Source of the DNA: a virus
Lineage: Duplodnaviria; Caudoviricetes
Virus record (IMG/VR): IMGVR_UViG_3300020179_000036
Coordinates: 1 to 58,560 of that record
Direction: 5' to 3' (one strand)
DNA length: 58,560 nucleotides
Part shown: positions 27,626 through 37,000 of the stretch, piece after piece
How the letters are laid out: each line of letters opens with the position of its first letter
Numbering within the stretch: the first letter of the stretch is position 1
Notes under the pieces: generated by a model
Told to the model about the DNA's origin: nothing
Databases searched by the model: none
The model's input: only the letters and a program-made list of their open reading frames with translations
Position numbers and translations under genes: made by a program

Positions 27626-28488
27626 CCACCACCCCTGAAACCCGAGAGGAGCTGCAGTCCATGGTTGGCCCCGGCCAACAGGACGTGTTCGACCAGTTCC
27701 TCGAGGAGATCGAGCAGCAGCAGGCAGACATTGATGCAGCTGAACAGCAACAGGACGAAGAAGAGAAACTGCTAGCCGGCAAGTTCAAGTCCACCGAAGA
27801 CTTGGAGAAGGCCTATCTCGAAGCCCAGAAGCTGATCAGTCAGCGCGGGCAGAAGACGGCTGAGCCTGAGACCCCTGCACCACTGAGCCGTGAGCAGGCC
27901 GCTGAGCATTACGGCGAGTTCATTGCCAGCGCTGCTGATGAAGAGGGCATCGACCTTGGCGCTTGGGATGCAGCCGTCCGCCGGGGCCAAGACACCAAGG
28001 CGCTGCGGGACAAGTTGGCCGCCAAGACCGGCATCCCGGTGCAGCTGATTGAGCAGTACGAGCAGTCCTACCGCCCGCAACCTGCTGCATCAGAGCCAGC
28101 CGATAGCGGCTTGACCGAGGCTGACGTGACGGAGCTCAAGGCCCTAGTCGGTGGCGACCAAGAGTTTCAGCGGCTAAGCCAGTGGGCTGCAGCCAACATG
28201 AGAGCCGACGAGCTGGCGGACTACAACGCAGCGGTGGACAGCGGCAACAAGGCTGCTGTGCGCCTGGCGCTGCGGGCCATGCAAGTGCGTGCTGCAGCTG
28301 GCCAGGACTCTGGTGAACCTGAGTTGCTGGGCGGCGGGAAGCCAACCAAAGCAGAGGTGTTTGAGAGCCAGCAGCAGGCGATTGAAGCCATGCGCAAAAC
28401 CAACAGCAAAGGCCAACGGCTTTACAACGTCGATCCCAAATACAAGGCTTGGTACGAAAAAACCCTTGCACGATCCACTTTTGCGTAA
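27622..28488 (+). CDS. Capsid scaffolding protein (gp9-like)
   Basis: LAGKFKSTEDLEKAY, VGG..F..WA motifs; between portal and capsid. Confidence 0.88.
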   Translation: MTTTPETREELQSMVGPGQQDVFDQFLEEIEQQQADIDAAEQQQDEEEKLLAGKFKSTEDLEKAYLEAQKLISQRGQKTAEPETPAPLSREQAAEHYGEFIASAADEEGIDLGAWDAAVRRGQDTKALRDKLAAKTGIPVQLIEQYEQSYRPQPAASEPADSGLTEADVTELKALVGGDQEFQRLSQWAAANMRADELADYNAAVDSGNKAAVRLALRAMQVRAAAGQDSGEPELLGGGKPTKAEVFESQQQAIEAMRKTNSKGQRLYNVDPKYKAWYEKTLARSTFA

Positions 28489-28597
28489 CAATGGGCGCAT
28501 GAGTTGATCTGCACTGGTGGAGCAGATTGGGCCTCCCGAGGGAGACACCCCATCCCTGTAAAGCAATAGGCGGAGGCTCGCAACCCAATTAAGGCCA

Positions 28598-29605
28598 ATG
28601 GCCAACGCAAACCTCGACCGTCTCGGTCAAATCCAGGGCGCAGGTGATACCTCCGCTCTGTTCCTGAAGCTCGGCATGACCGAGCTGCTTGACGCCTTTG
28701 ATCGCGCTTGCGTGTTCAAGGGCAAGATCAAGGAGCGCAACATTAAAGGCGGCAAATCTGCAGCTTTCCAGGTCTCAGGCAAGGCCGAAGCGGCCTATCA
28801 CACTCCGGGGACACCAATCCTCGGCGCCACAAACTCTCCTGGTGACCGCAACGAGCGCATCATCAACCTTGATGGTCTGCTGATCGCCGATGAGGTGATC
28901 TATGACCTTGACGAGCTGATGAATTATGTGGACATCCGCCAGGATGTGACGCACCAGTTGGGTGCGGCTCTTGCACGCGAATGGGACAAGCGCTGTGCGC
29001 GTGTCTTGTACGCGGCTGCCAAGACCAGCACTGAGCCCCTGGCCAAAGCCGGCAACGCCGGTCGCATTGGTCAAAGCCAGACCCTATCTGCTGGTTACGC
29101 CGCTGCTTCTGCTAACGCCAAGGGCGATGAGCTGGTCGCAAAGATCAGCGCCATCAAGGTGGCCATGCAGAAGAAGGACGTACCCACTGAGGATCTGCTC
29201 TGTGTGGTTGGCCCTGACGAGTACGACTTCCTGCTGGATTCCACTCGCGCCATCAACGCGGACTTCAATGGCGCCAGCGGTGAAAACGGTTCCTTTGCGC
29301 AAGGCCGAGTGTTGCGCGTGAAAGGTGTCCCCGTGATCATGTCGAACCACATCACTCAGGCTGCCTACACCAACAGCGCCAACGACAAGAACGCTGCCTA
29401 CCAGCAGGATCTGTCAAAAAACAAGGCTATCGTGTTCCACCGCGATGCCATTGGTGTGCTGACCCTGCGCAGCCCCGGCCTGCAAATCACCCCCCAGGGC
29501 GGTGACTTCAACATCATGTACCAAGCCACTCTGATGGTTGCCCGCATGGCAATCGGCATGAGCGTGCTGCGTGCTGAGTGTGCAGGCGTGATTGAGCTCC
29601 CCTAA
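28598..29605 (+). CDS. Major capsid protein (gp10-like)
   Basis: ALFLKL, RNIKGGKSAAF, YHTPG and G.ALA..D motifs. Confidence 0.95.
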   Translation: MANANLDRLGQIQGAGDTSALFLKLGMTELLDAFDRACVFKGKIKERNIKGGKSAAFQVSGKAEAAYHTPGTPILGATNSPGDRNERIINLDGLLIADEVIYDLDELMNYVDIRQDVTHQLGAALAREWDKRCARVLYAAAKTSTEPLAKAGNAGRIGQSQTLSAGYAAASANAKGDELVAKISAIKVAMQKKDVPTEDLLCVVGPDEYDFLLDSTRAINADFNGASGENGSFAQGRVLRVKGVPVIMSNHITQAAYTNSANDKNAAYQQDLSKNKAIVFHRDAIGVLTLRSPGLQITPQGGDFNIMYQATLMVARMAIGMSVLRAECAGVIELP

Positions 29606-29627
29606 CTTTTGTTAGGTGAGTGTCTCG

Positions 29628-29659
29628 AGCCCCCTGCCACGCCGTCAGGGGGCTTTTTT
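29628..29659 (+). terminator. Intrinsic terminator after the capsid gene (T-phi position)
   Basis: AGCCCCCTG-N9-CAGGGGGCT followed by a T-run. Confidence 0.85.
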
Positions 29660-29702
29660 GTGCCCACCGATAACATGAGTCCAACACCCATGCAGAGTAT
29701 CG

Positions 29703-30362
29703 ATGGGCCTTGCCAATCAGGCCTTGACGCCAGGCCGGACAACGCTGCTGGAGGCGGTCAACATTTGTCTGCAGAACATCGGCGAGCAGCCGGTGAACAG
29801 CCTTGAGAACCAACAAGTGGTGGAAGCCACCATGGCTGAGCGCACCATCCTTGAGTTCCACAAGGAAGGGCAGACCAGGGGGTGGAGCTGGAACACAGAG
29901 CTGGCTTACGAGTTTGCCAAGAACAACGCAACCAACCAGATCACAGTTCCAGCCAACATCGTTACCTGGGCCACGGATGCTTACGAATGGGCAGGGCGGT
30001 TCCAACTGCGGGGCCAAAAGGTCTACGACAAGGAGAAGCACACCTACACCCTGGGTGCTGACATCACCAACCTGAAGGCTGATGTGGTTTGGCTGCTGCC
30101 GTGGGACGAGTGCCCTGAAGCGTTTAACCGTTGGATTACGATCCGCTCGGCACGAGTCTTTAGCGATCGGGTGCTAAGCAGCGACTCGATCTTCAAGTAC
30201 ACCGCTGTTGATGAGCAGGCTGCGCTGGTGGAGCTGCAGCGCGTTGAGCTTGAGCAGACACAAGCCAACAGCCTGACGGGTGGCCCTGGTCTACGGCCGT
30301 TCCCCACCTACTCCCCTGGCCTTGGCTTGCTGGGTCGGAACCGGGGGTATCTGCGTGGCTAA
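29703..30362 (+). CDS. Tail tubular protein A (gp11-like)
   Basis: LEAVNICLQNIGEQPV, QTRGWSWN and YDKEKHTY motifs. Confidence 0.92.
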   Translation: MGLANQALTPGRTTLLEAVNICLQNIGEQPVNSLENQQVVEATMAERTILEFHKEGQTRGWSWNTELAYEFAKNNATNQITVPANIVTWATDAYEWAGRFQLRGQKVYDKEKHTYTLGADITNLKADVVWLLPWDECPEAFNRWITIRSARVFSDRVLSSDSIFKYTAVDEQAALVELQRVELEQTQANSLTGGPGLRPFPTYSPGLGLLGRNRGYLRG

Positions 30363-32862
30363 CCTCGTCAGCTCCACCATCCCCAACCTGATTCAGGGGA
30401 TCTCGCAGCAGCCCGATGCGCAGCGAGATCCATCACAAGGGGAGCTGCAAATCAATGCTGTGAGCTCCTTGGCCGAGGGGCTGAGGAAGCGCGAGGGCAC
30501 GCAGTCCATTGCCAAGGTGAGCAACACCAGCTTTGGCGACGTCTATTTCCACAGCATCCTGCGCGATTCATCCGAGCAATACCTGGTGGTGATCAGCAGC
30601 ACGGCAATCCGTGTGTTTGATCTGGCTGGTAACGAGAAGACCGTCACACCTAATGCAGGAGCCTATAGCTACCTGTCAACGGTGACTAACGCCAAGAACG
30701 ACATTCGCGCCGCTTCGATTGCTGATTACACCTTTGTAAGCAACGTCAAGAAAACGCCGGCCATGAGCGCTGCGCTGGCCCCGGCTGCCGCCAGGCCTGC
30801 AACGCATGAAGCGCTGGTGTGGGTCAAAGCTGCCAACTACGGCCAGACCTACAAGGTCAACGTGAACGGTACGCAGGTTCAGGTGCAGACCGCTGTGGCG
30901 CCTGTGATCGTCACCGGCGGAGCCACAATCGAGAACCGGATCAGCACAGAAGACATTGCTAGCAGCTTTCAGTCAGCGCTGAGTGGCGTGTCTGGCGTCT
31001 CGATTACGCGCAAGGGCAGCGTGCTGCATTTCACCAGCAGCAACGCGATCACGATTGCGGCATCAGACGCCCGGGCCAATGCGGACATAACGGCCATTAC
31101 CAGTTCGGTGCAGGCTTTTACTGAGCTTCCGACCATTGCTCCCCAGGGCTATCAGGTCGAGATCGTTGGCGACCCAGGCAACAAGTTCGACGGCTTCTAC
31201 GTGGAGTTTGTGCCCCGCGATGGGGCCGGCACCTTTGGTGAAGGCAGCTGGCAGGAGACCGTCAGCCCAGGCGTTGAGTACCAGATTGACGCCACGACCA
31301 TGCCTCACCTGTTGGTGCGTCTGCCTAATGGGACGTTCTGGTTTGGCCCGGCCAATGGCAGCACTCAGAGCGGCGTGCAGATTCCTAGCTGGGGCAAGCG
31401 AGGTGCTGGTGATTACGAGACGGCGCCTGACCCCAGCTTCATTGGCAACCCCATCCAAGACGTCTTCATCTACAAGAACCGGCTTGGCTTCTTGGCTGAT
31501 GAGAACGTCATCCTGAGCCGCGCACGAGACTTTTTTGAGTTCTTCCCGGAGACGGTCACGGCTGTTCTCGACAGCGATCCGATTGACCTGACGGGCAGCA
31601 ACAACCGGGTGTCGGTGCTGCGTTACGCCATCCCGTACCAAGACGAGCTAATCATCTTTTCGGATCAGATCCAGTTCCGCTTCAACGCAGCCGAAACCGT
31701 GCTGACGCCAAACACGGCACAGATTACGGTGCTGACCCAGTACGAGATCGACCCCAACTGCCGGCCAATCCCGGTGCAGGGGACGATCATCTTCTGCCAA
31801 GCCAACGGGCAGTGGAGCCAGTTTCGGGAGTTCAGCGTCCGCGGTGCGGGCACTGCACTGGTGGCTGATGCCTCTGACCTGAGCGGTTACGTCAACAGCT
31901 ACGTGCCCTCTGAGGTCTTCAAGCTGACGGCCAACGACACCGGCAACTGCTGGTTCGCGCTGTCAGGCAAGGCCGGCTACCAGAAGCGCCTGTACGCCTA
32001 CAAATACTTCTACCGCAACAGCGGCGGTGGAGCTGAGCGGGCGCAGAGCAGCTGGAGCCACTGGCAGCTCAGCGGGGCCGACAAGATCCTCAATGCGCTG
32101 TGCGTGCAGGAGACCGTCTACCTGCTGGTGGAGTACGGCACTGAGGTTTGGCTGGAGAAGATCTCAGCAGCAGACCGCACGGCTGACGTGCTGCCCAACC
32201 CGTACCAGCTGCTGCTGGATCGGCGGGTCACAACAACCATGGCAACGCCAGCAGCAATTCGGGTGGCGGCTGGCACCTACAACGCCACGACCAACATCAC
32301 CACCTGGACATTGCCGTACACGGTTAAGGCCAAGACCCAGGCCTGGAGCGACTTCTCAAGCACCAGCAATGGGGGCGTGCTGCTGGGTGAGGCCAATAGC
32401 GGCACAACGATTACGGCCCGGGGGAACTGGTCAACACAGCCAATCGTGTTTGGCGAGGTCTTTGAGTTCCTCTATCGCTTCACGCGGTTCAAGCTCTACA
32501 AGGAAGTGGGTGGCGGCAAGGCGGCTGCCAACAGCGAGCGCACCCAGGTGCGTCACGCCAAGCTCCGGTATCACGACACCCATTACTTCGAGGCCTGGGT
32601 CACGGCCGAGCGGCGCGATCCAGCGGTCTACACCTTCGATGGGACGGTGCTGGCAGCCCGGGCATCACAGATTGGCAATGCCTTGAACAACAGCCCTGAT
32701 TTGGCAACGCCTCGTTATTTCGAGGGGGTGTTCCAAATCCCAATCGCCAGCCGCGGCGAGAACTGCATCGTCGAGCTGCGCAATAGCACCGCCAACCCAT
32801 GCAAGTTCAGCACTTGCGAATGGGTTGGCCTGGTTACCAGCCAAGCAAGGAGCCTCCAATGA
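30355..32862 (+). CDS. Tail tubular protein B (gp12-like)
   Basis: IPNLIQGISQQPD, WQETV, TMPHLL, PSFIG, NRLGFL and QSSWSHW motifs; GTG start at 30355. Confidence 0.93.
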   Translation: MANLVSSTIPNLIQGISQQPDAQRDPSQGELQINAVSSLAEGLRKREGTQSIAKVSNTSFGDVYFHSILRDSSEQYLVVISSTAIRVFDLAGNEKTVTPNAGAYSYLSTVTNAKNDIRAASIADYTFVSNVKKTPAMSAALAPAAARPATHEALVWVKAANYGQTYKVNVNGTQVQVQTAVAPVIVTGGATIENRISTEDIASSFQSALSGVSGVSITRKGSVLHFTSSNAITIAASDARANADITAITSSVQAFTELPTIAPQGYQVEIVGDPGNKFDGFYVEFVPRDGAGTFGEGSWQETVSPGVEYQIDATTMPHLLVRLPNGTFWFGPANGSTQSGVQIPSWGKRGAGDYETAPDPSFIGNPIQDVFIYKNRLGFLADENVILSRARDFFEFFPETVTAVLDSDPIDLTGSNNRVSVLRYAIPYQDELIIFSDQIQFRFNAAETVLTPNTAQITVLTQYEIDPNCRPIPVQGTIIFCQANGQWSQFREFSVRGAGTALVADASDLSGYVNSYVPSEVFKLTANDTGNCWFALSGKAGYQKRLYAYKYFYRNSGGGAERAQSSWSHWQLSGADKILNALCVQETVYLLVEYGTEVWLEKISAADRTADVLPNPYQLLLDRRVTTTMATPAAIRVAAGTYNATTNITTWTLPYTVKAKTQAWSDFSSTSNGGVLLGEANSGTTITARGNWSTQPIVFGEVFEFLYRFTRFKLYKEVGGGKAAANSERTQVRHAKLRYHDTHYFEAWVTAERRDPAVYTFDGTVLAARASQIGNALNNSPDLATPRYFEGVFQIPIASRGENCIVELRNSTANPCKFSTCEWVGLVTSQARSLQ

Positions 32863-33302
32863 ATTGGTCTGATCCCACGCCTGCACGTGTGCAAAACATT
32901 GCGAAGATGGTTCGGTATCAAGACCAGCTAGAGGTGTTTTATAGCCACGGTTTGACAGGGGAAGACGCGGTTTATCAGAGCTGGCAAAACAGTCAGATCT
33001 GCCGTTGCATAGATGGAGATGACGGGCAAGCCGTGGGTATCTGTGGCGTTACTGGATCTTTGATCTGGTTGCTTGGCACGGATGACCTGCTGGCTAGCAA
33101 AAGTCATCGCCAGCAATTCCTGCGCGGTGGTCGCAAGTGGGTTGATGGCTTGACGCAGACCCACAAATACTTAGAGAACTGGGCGCTGTGGTCTAACCAG
33201 GCATCGCTGCGGTGGCTGAAGCATTTGGGATTCACGATTGACACCCCTGCCCCGATGGGCCGCAGCGCTCAGCTGTTCGCGCACTTCTGGAGGGCCGCCT
33301 AA
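32859..33302 (+). CDS. gp13-like internal virion protein (GNAT-like fold)
   Basis: IWLLGTD, LENW..N...RWLKHLGF motifs; follows gp12. Confidence 0.8.
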   Translation: MNWSDPTPARVQNIAKMVRYQDQLEVFYSHGLTGEDAVYQSWQNSQICRCIDGDDGQAVGICGVTGSLIWLLGTDDLLASKSHRQQFLRGGRKWVDGLTQTHKYLENWALWSNQASLRWLKHLGFTIDTPAPMGRSAQLFAHFWRAA

Positions 33303-34180
33303 TGCCACTCCCTTTGCTGCCGATTGCGCTTGGCGCCGCTCAGGCTGGTCTGGGCATCGCTCAGGCTGGTCTGGGCTATCAGGCCCAGCAACAGGACTAC
33401 GCCAACCAGACAGCGTTCCAGGACGCCAACAATCAATTCGCCCAATGGCAAGCGGGCTTTAACGCTCGCGTGCAAGACAGCAACGCTCAATACAAGTATT
33501 GGGCGGATACGGTCAACTACAACCAGCAGCTGTCTTATACCCACTCGCTGCGGAACCTTGAGCTGATGCGCTCAATCCGCCAGGCGGAAGTGGTTGCAGA
33601 CAACCGTGCAGCCTCTGGCGCTGCTTTTGTGCGGGACAGCGAGGCCACGACACAGGCGTACCAAGAGGCCTCGATGCAAGAGGCAGTGGCGCTGCAGCAG
33701 TACCAATGGCGGGCGCTGCAGGGCCGGGCGTCAGTGCAGGCCATGACCCAGGAGGGTCGCAGTGTCGATCGCTTAATCAACGATTACGCCCGCCAGGCAG
33801 GTGACTACCAGACGCTGCAGGAGATCAACCAGCGCACTCGCAGCCGCCAGTACACCCGCGAGCAAGCCGGGCAGGTTGCCCAGTATTTAAGCCGCTGGAA
33901 CAGCCAGCAGTTCTACGAAGAGCAGCCGTACATCGACCCTGTGGCGCCGTTCGCGCCGCTGCCAACGCTGATCACTCCGCCGCCGCCAACCATGCGTGGC
34001 GGGGCGCCGAGCAGTGCAGCCGCGGCATTGAACATCGGCAGCGCAGTGCTTGGCGGCATCAGCACAGGAATGAGCTTTGCCGGTCAACTTAAGGCGTTAA
34101 AGACTCCATCAAGCGCAACTGGTCCGGGAACTGTTTCGCTTAATCGCTTTAACCAAGCAGCCGCTAACTACAGCAGTTAA
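33302..34180 (+). CDS. Internal virion protein (gp14-like)
   Basis: Gln/Ala-rich with hydrophobic ends, EGRSVDRL; position after gp13. Confidence 0.7.
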   Translation: MPLPLLPIALGAAQAGLGIAQAGLGYQAQQQDYANQTAFQDANNQFAQWQAGFNARVQDSNAQYKYWADTVNYNQQLSYTHSLRNLELMRSIRQAEVVADNRAASGAAFVRDSEATTQAYQEASMQEAVALQQYQWRALQGRASVQAMTQEGRSVDRLINDYARQAGDYQTLQEINQRTRSRQYTREQAGQVAQYLSRWNSQQFYEEQPYIDPVAPFAPLPTLITPPPPTMRGGAPSSAAAALNIGSAVLGGISTGMSFAGQLKALKTPSSATGPGTVSLNRFNQAAANYSS

Positions 34181-34183
34181 TCC

Positions 34184-36997
34184 ATGGCAGACCGTCTTCT
34201 TCCCTTTGGTCAGATCACGCCGGTAGCGCGGCCCATCGGTGCGTTCGTCCAGGCTGCCGACAAGAACATTGCCGGGCCTGCCAAGCCAGCAATGCTTGGC
34301 ACCCCGGATGGGGTCAGCACCCTGCAGATGGGCAGTGGCGGCAGCGTTCAGGGGTACAACCAGTACCAGCAGCTGGCGACTGCTCTTAGCCCGTTCGCCG
34401 AAACGTTGGTGCAGGCAGGCTCCCAGGGCTACCTCTCCTACGCCAAGGGCAAGATCGAGCAGGGCTATTACGACCAGCTCACCCAGCTCAAAAATCAACA
34501 GGCCAAGGCCACGCTGAGCCTGCAAGTGCAGCAGGAGCAAGGCGCTGCCAACGCTGCTGCGCAGATCAACCAGCTGCAGAAAGTTGATCCAGTGGCTTCA
34601 CAGCTGCTGCAGGACTCCAACCCCTGGAGCCTGGTGGGCCGGCGCCGTGCCATGGCTCAAATGGCTGCCGCAGAGGTCGATGACGCTCTGCTTAATGACC
34701 TGGCAATCAACGCTGGCGTTCGAGCTGGCCTGGCGCCTGGCAGTGGTGAGCTGGTCAAGCAGAAGGCCGCCATCACCAATCAGGTCATGGCCTCCTATGG
34801 CCTGTCGGGCGATGAGCTTGAGAGCCAGTTCTACGTCGTGCCTGCCATCAACAAGGCATGGGAGACGTACACCGAGCAGCACCGCAAGCTGTGGAACGAA
34901 GAAACAGCTCGCACCACCACTGAAGCCACGGGTGGCGCAGTCAACGGAGCGCTGGCTCAGATCCTCAAAAAAGGCGTGTCGATGGCTGATGGTTCATTCA
35001 TCACCCGTAGCGATCCACGCTTTGACGCCTTAGCCGGTCTGGTGCTGACCACTCAGATCGACCAAGGCCTGCGGCTGCTGGCTGGCGACAAGAAGAAAGA
35101 AGCAATGCAAACGGTCTACGGGAACCTTGCATTGCTTAGCCGCGACCCTGCAGTGGAAAGCATTGTTCGCGAGATCCGCGTCGGCAATCCTAATGACCCG
35201 CTGGATAAGCGGCCGCGATTTATTGATGCCAACCCAGTGCAGCTGCTGGAGATGCAGAACAAGGGTCTGCAGCTGACGACTCAGAAGTTTGAGCTGCAGC
35301 AGAAGGACAAGGGCCAGCAGATGGACGCTTTCTATTACGGCAAAGATGGCCCTGGTTACCCGGGTGTTGTTGTCGATTCTGAGGATTATCAACAGCGGAT
35401 GGTTAGGGCTAAGAATTACGGCCTGAGCATTGGCTATCTCGACGTTGATAATTACCTAGGGGACAAGGCAACGCAGTCGCAAGGCTTTGCCAGAGCTGCG
35501 TTCAGCATGACTGCTGAAGAACGTGCAGCTGCTGAGAGCTGGGTAGACAACCTTTCGCCTGATGCCCTTTCGCCAAAGAACATCGGCGGTGTTCTTGCGC
35601 AGGCTGATGCCTATGCCATGCGCGAAGGAACGCGTGAGGCTCGTGATCAGCTGCGCCAAAAGCTGCACACGCGCATCAGAGAAAGAGAAAAGTTGTTCAA
35701 CGACATGCCCGAAGGCCTGTTCGGGCAGATTAAGACCGAGATCAAGCAGGACATGGGGCTTGGCCCGATCAAGTCCCTAGATCCCAAAGGCGAGGCCATG
35801 TCGCTGCTGCTGCAGCCAGGCATGACTGTCGGCGGCGCCATGAGCGCAGCGCCCAACAAGCTGGCGGCCTTTGCCATTGATCTTGAGAATCTCTACGTCC
35901 GCCAGGTGATGGCGGGCATGAACGCATGGCGCAAGGACAACCCTGGCGTGGGCCGAATCCCCCCGTCAGCTCAGAACGTCATTGTGAGCCAAGCGGTTGC
36001 CACGGCACGCAAGTCTCCTGAGTACGCCCGGATCTACAGCCAGGCAACGGGGATGAACCCTGGCGAGGTGGGTCAAGGCACCGTTGGCACTGGCCCCAAG
36101 CAAGGCAGCAAACCTGGTCCTGACGTCCGCGGCGTTGACCGCAGCAAGGCCGGCAGCATCCCTGACTCGACCATCAAGGCCTACCAAGCACGGCCGGTGA
36201 TGAGCAAGCCGTGGCTGCACTCAGAGCTGCAGAACCTCAACAACGGCAAGCCTGTCAGCCCTGAGCTCTACAACCTGGCCCGTCGCGCCAACACATCCAC
36301 GACCCGTTATCTGCTCGAGCAGATGACTCGGTTCTATCCCGACCTTGATCAGGACGGGACTGTTACCAAATACCTGCAGCAGCAGCTGATCAGAGAGCGG
36401 CAGGGCAAGACCGTTTCGAGCGCCAACTACAGCAGCTTGGGGCTGGGCATGGTGCCGACTGGATACAACAGCTTCTCGCCAGGCAGCTGGCTGATGCAGA
36501 TGATCATGCCGCCAGCTGCAGCTGCCACGTTGCCGCCTCAGTACAGCGGCGGTGGCAGCCAACCGTATGTAGCCACGGGGCCTACAAGCAAGGGCAGTGG
36601 CGGTCCTGGTTGGGACAAGGTTGTCGCCATGGCTCGCGCCAACGGGGCCAAGTTCCCAGAGCTGGTAGCAGCGCAGTGGGCACTTGAGTCGGACTGGGGA
36701 CGATCCACCAGCGGCCGCAACAACTACTTCGGTCAAAAAGGTTCAGGCACACGCCGCAACACGTGGGAGGTGGTTGGTGGCCAACGGGTCAACACCACAG
36801 CCAGCTTTATGGACTTTGCAAGTCCAAATGAGAGCGTCAGCTACCTGGTAAACAAGTGGTATCAGGGCAGCAACGGGGCAAACAAGGCCAAAACCGTTGA
36901 AGAAGCAGCGCGAATCCTGAAGCAGCGGGGATACGCCACTGATCCCAACTACGTGAACAAGTTGCTGCAAATCATCCGTAGCAACAGGAGGCCCTAA
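34184..36997 (+). CDS. Internal virion protein (gp15-like) with a C-terminal GH73 glucosaminidase domain
   Basis: C-terminus AAQWALESDWG...NNYFGQKG...GYATDPNY (FlgJ-type). Confidence 0.8.
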   Translation: MADRLLPFGQITPVARPIGAFVQAADKNIAGPAKPAMLGTPDGVSTLQMGSGGSVQGYNQYQQLATALSPFAETLVQAGSQGYLSYAKGKIEQGYYDQLTQLKNQQAKATLSLQVQQEQGAANAAAQINQLQKVDPVASQLLQDSNPWSLVGRRRAMAQMAAAEVDDALLNDLAINAGVRAGLAPGSGELVKQKAAITNQVMASYGLSGDELESQFYVVPAINKAWETYTEQHRKLWNEETARTTTEATGGAVNGALAQILKKGVSMADGSFITRSDPRFDALAGLVLTTQIDQGLRLLAGDKKKEAMQTVYGNLALLSRDPAVESIVREIRVGNPNDPLDKRPRFIDANPVQLLEMQNKGLQLTTQKFELQQKDKGQQMDAFYYGKDGPGYPGVVVDSEDYQQRMVRAKNYGLSIGYLDVDNYLGDKATQSQGFARAAFSMTAEERAAAESWVDNLSPDALSPKNIGGVLAQADAYAMREGTREARDQLRQKLHTRIREREKLFNDMPEGLFGQIKTEIKQDMGLGPIKSLDPKGEAMSLLLQPGMTVGGAMSAAPNKLAAFAIDLENLYVRQVMAGMNAWRKDNPGVGRIPPSAQNVIVSQAVATARKSPEYARIYSQATGMNPGEVGQGTVGTGPKQGSKPGPDVRGVDRSKAGSIPDSTIKAYQARPVMSKPWLHSELQNLNNGKPVSPELYNLARRANTSTTRYLLEQMTRFYPDLDQDGTVTKYLQQQLIRERQGKTVSSANYSSLGLGMVPTGYNSFSPGSWLMQMIMPPAAAATLPPQYSGGGSQPYVATGPTSKGSGGPGWDKVVAMARANGAKFPELVAAQWALESDWGRSTSGRNNYFGQKGSGTRRNTWEVVGGQRVNTTASFMDFASPNESVSYLVNKWYQGSNGANKAKTVEEAARILKQRGYATDPNYVNKLLQIIRSNRRP

Positions 36998-37000
36998 TCC

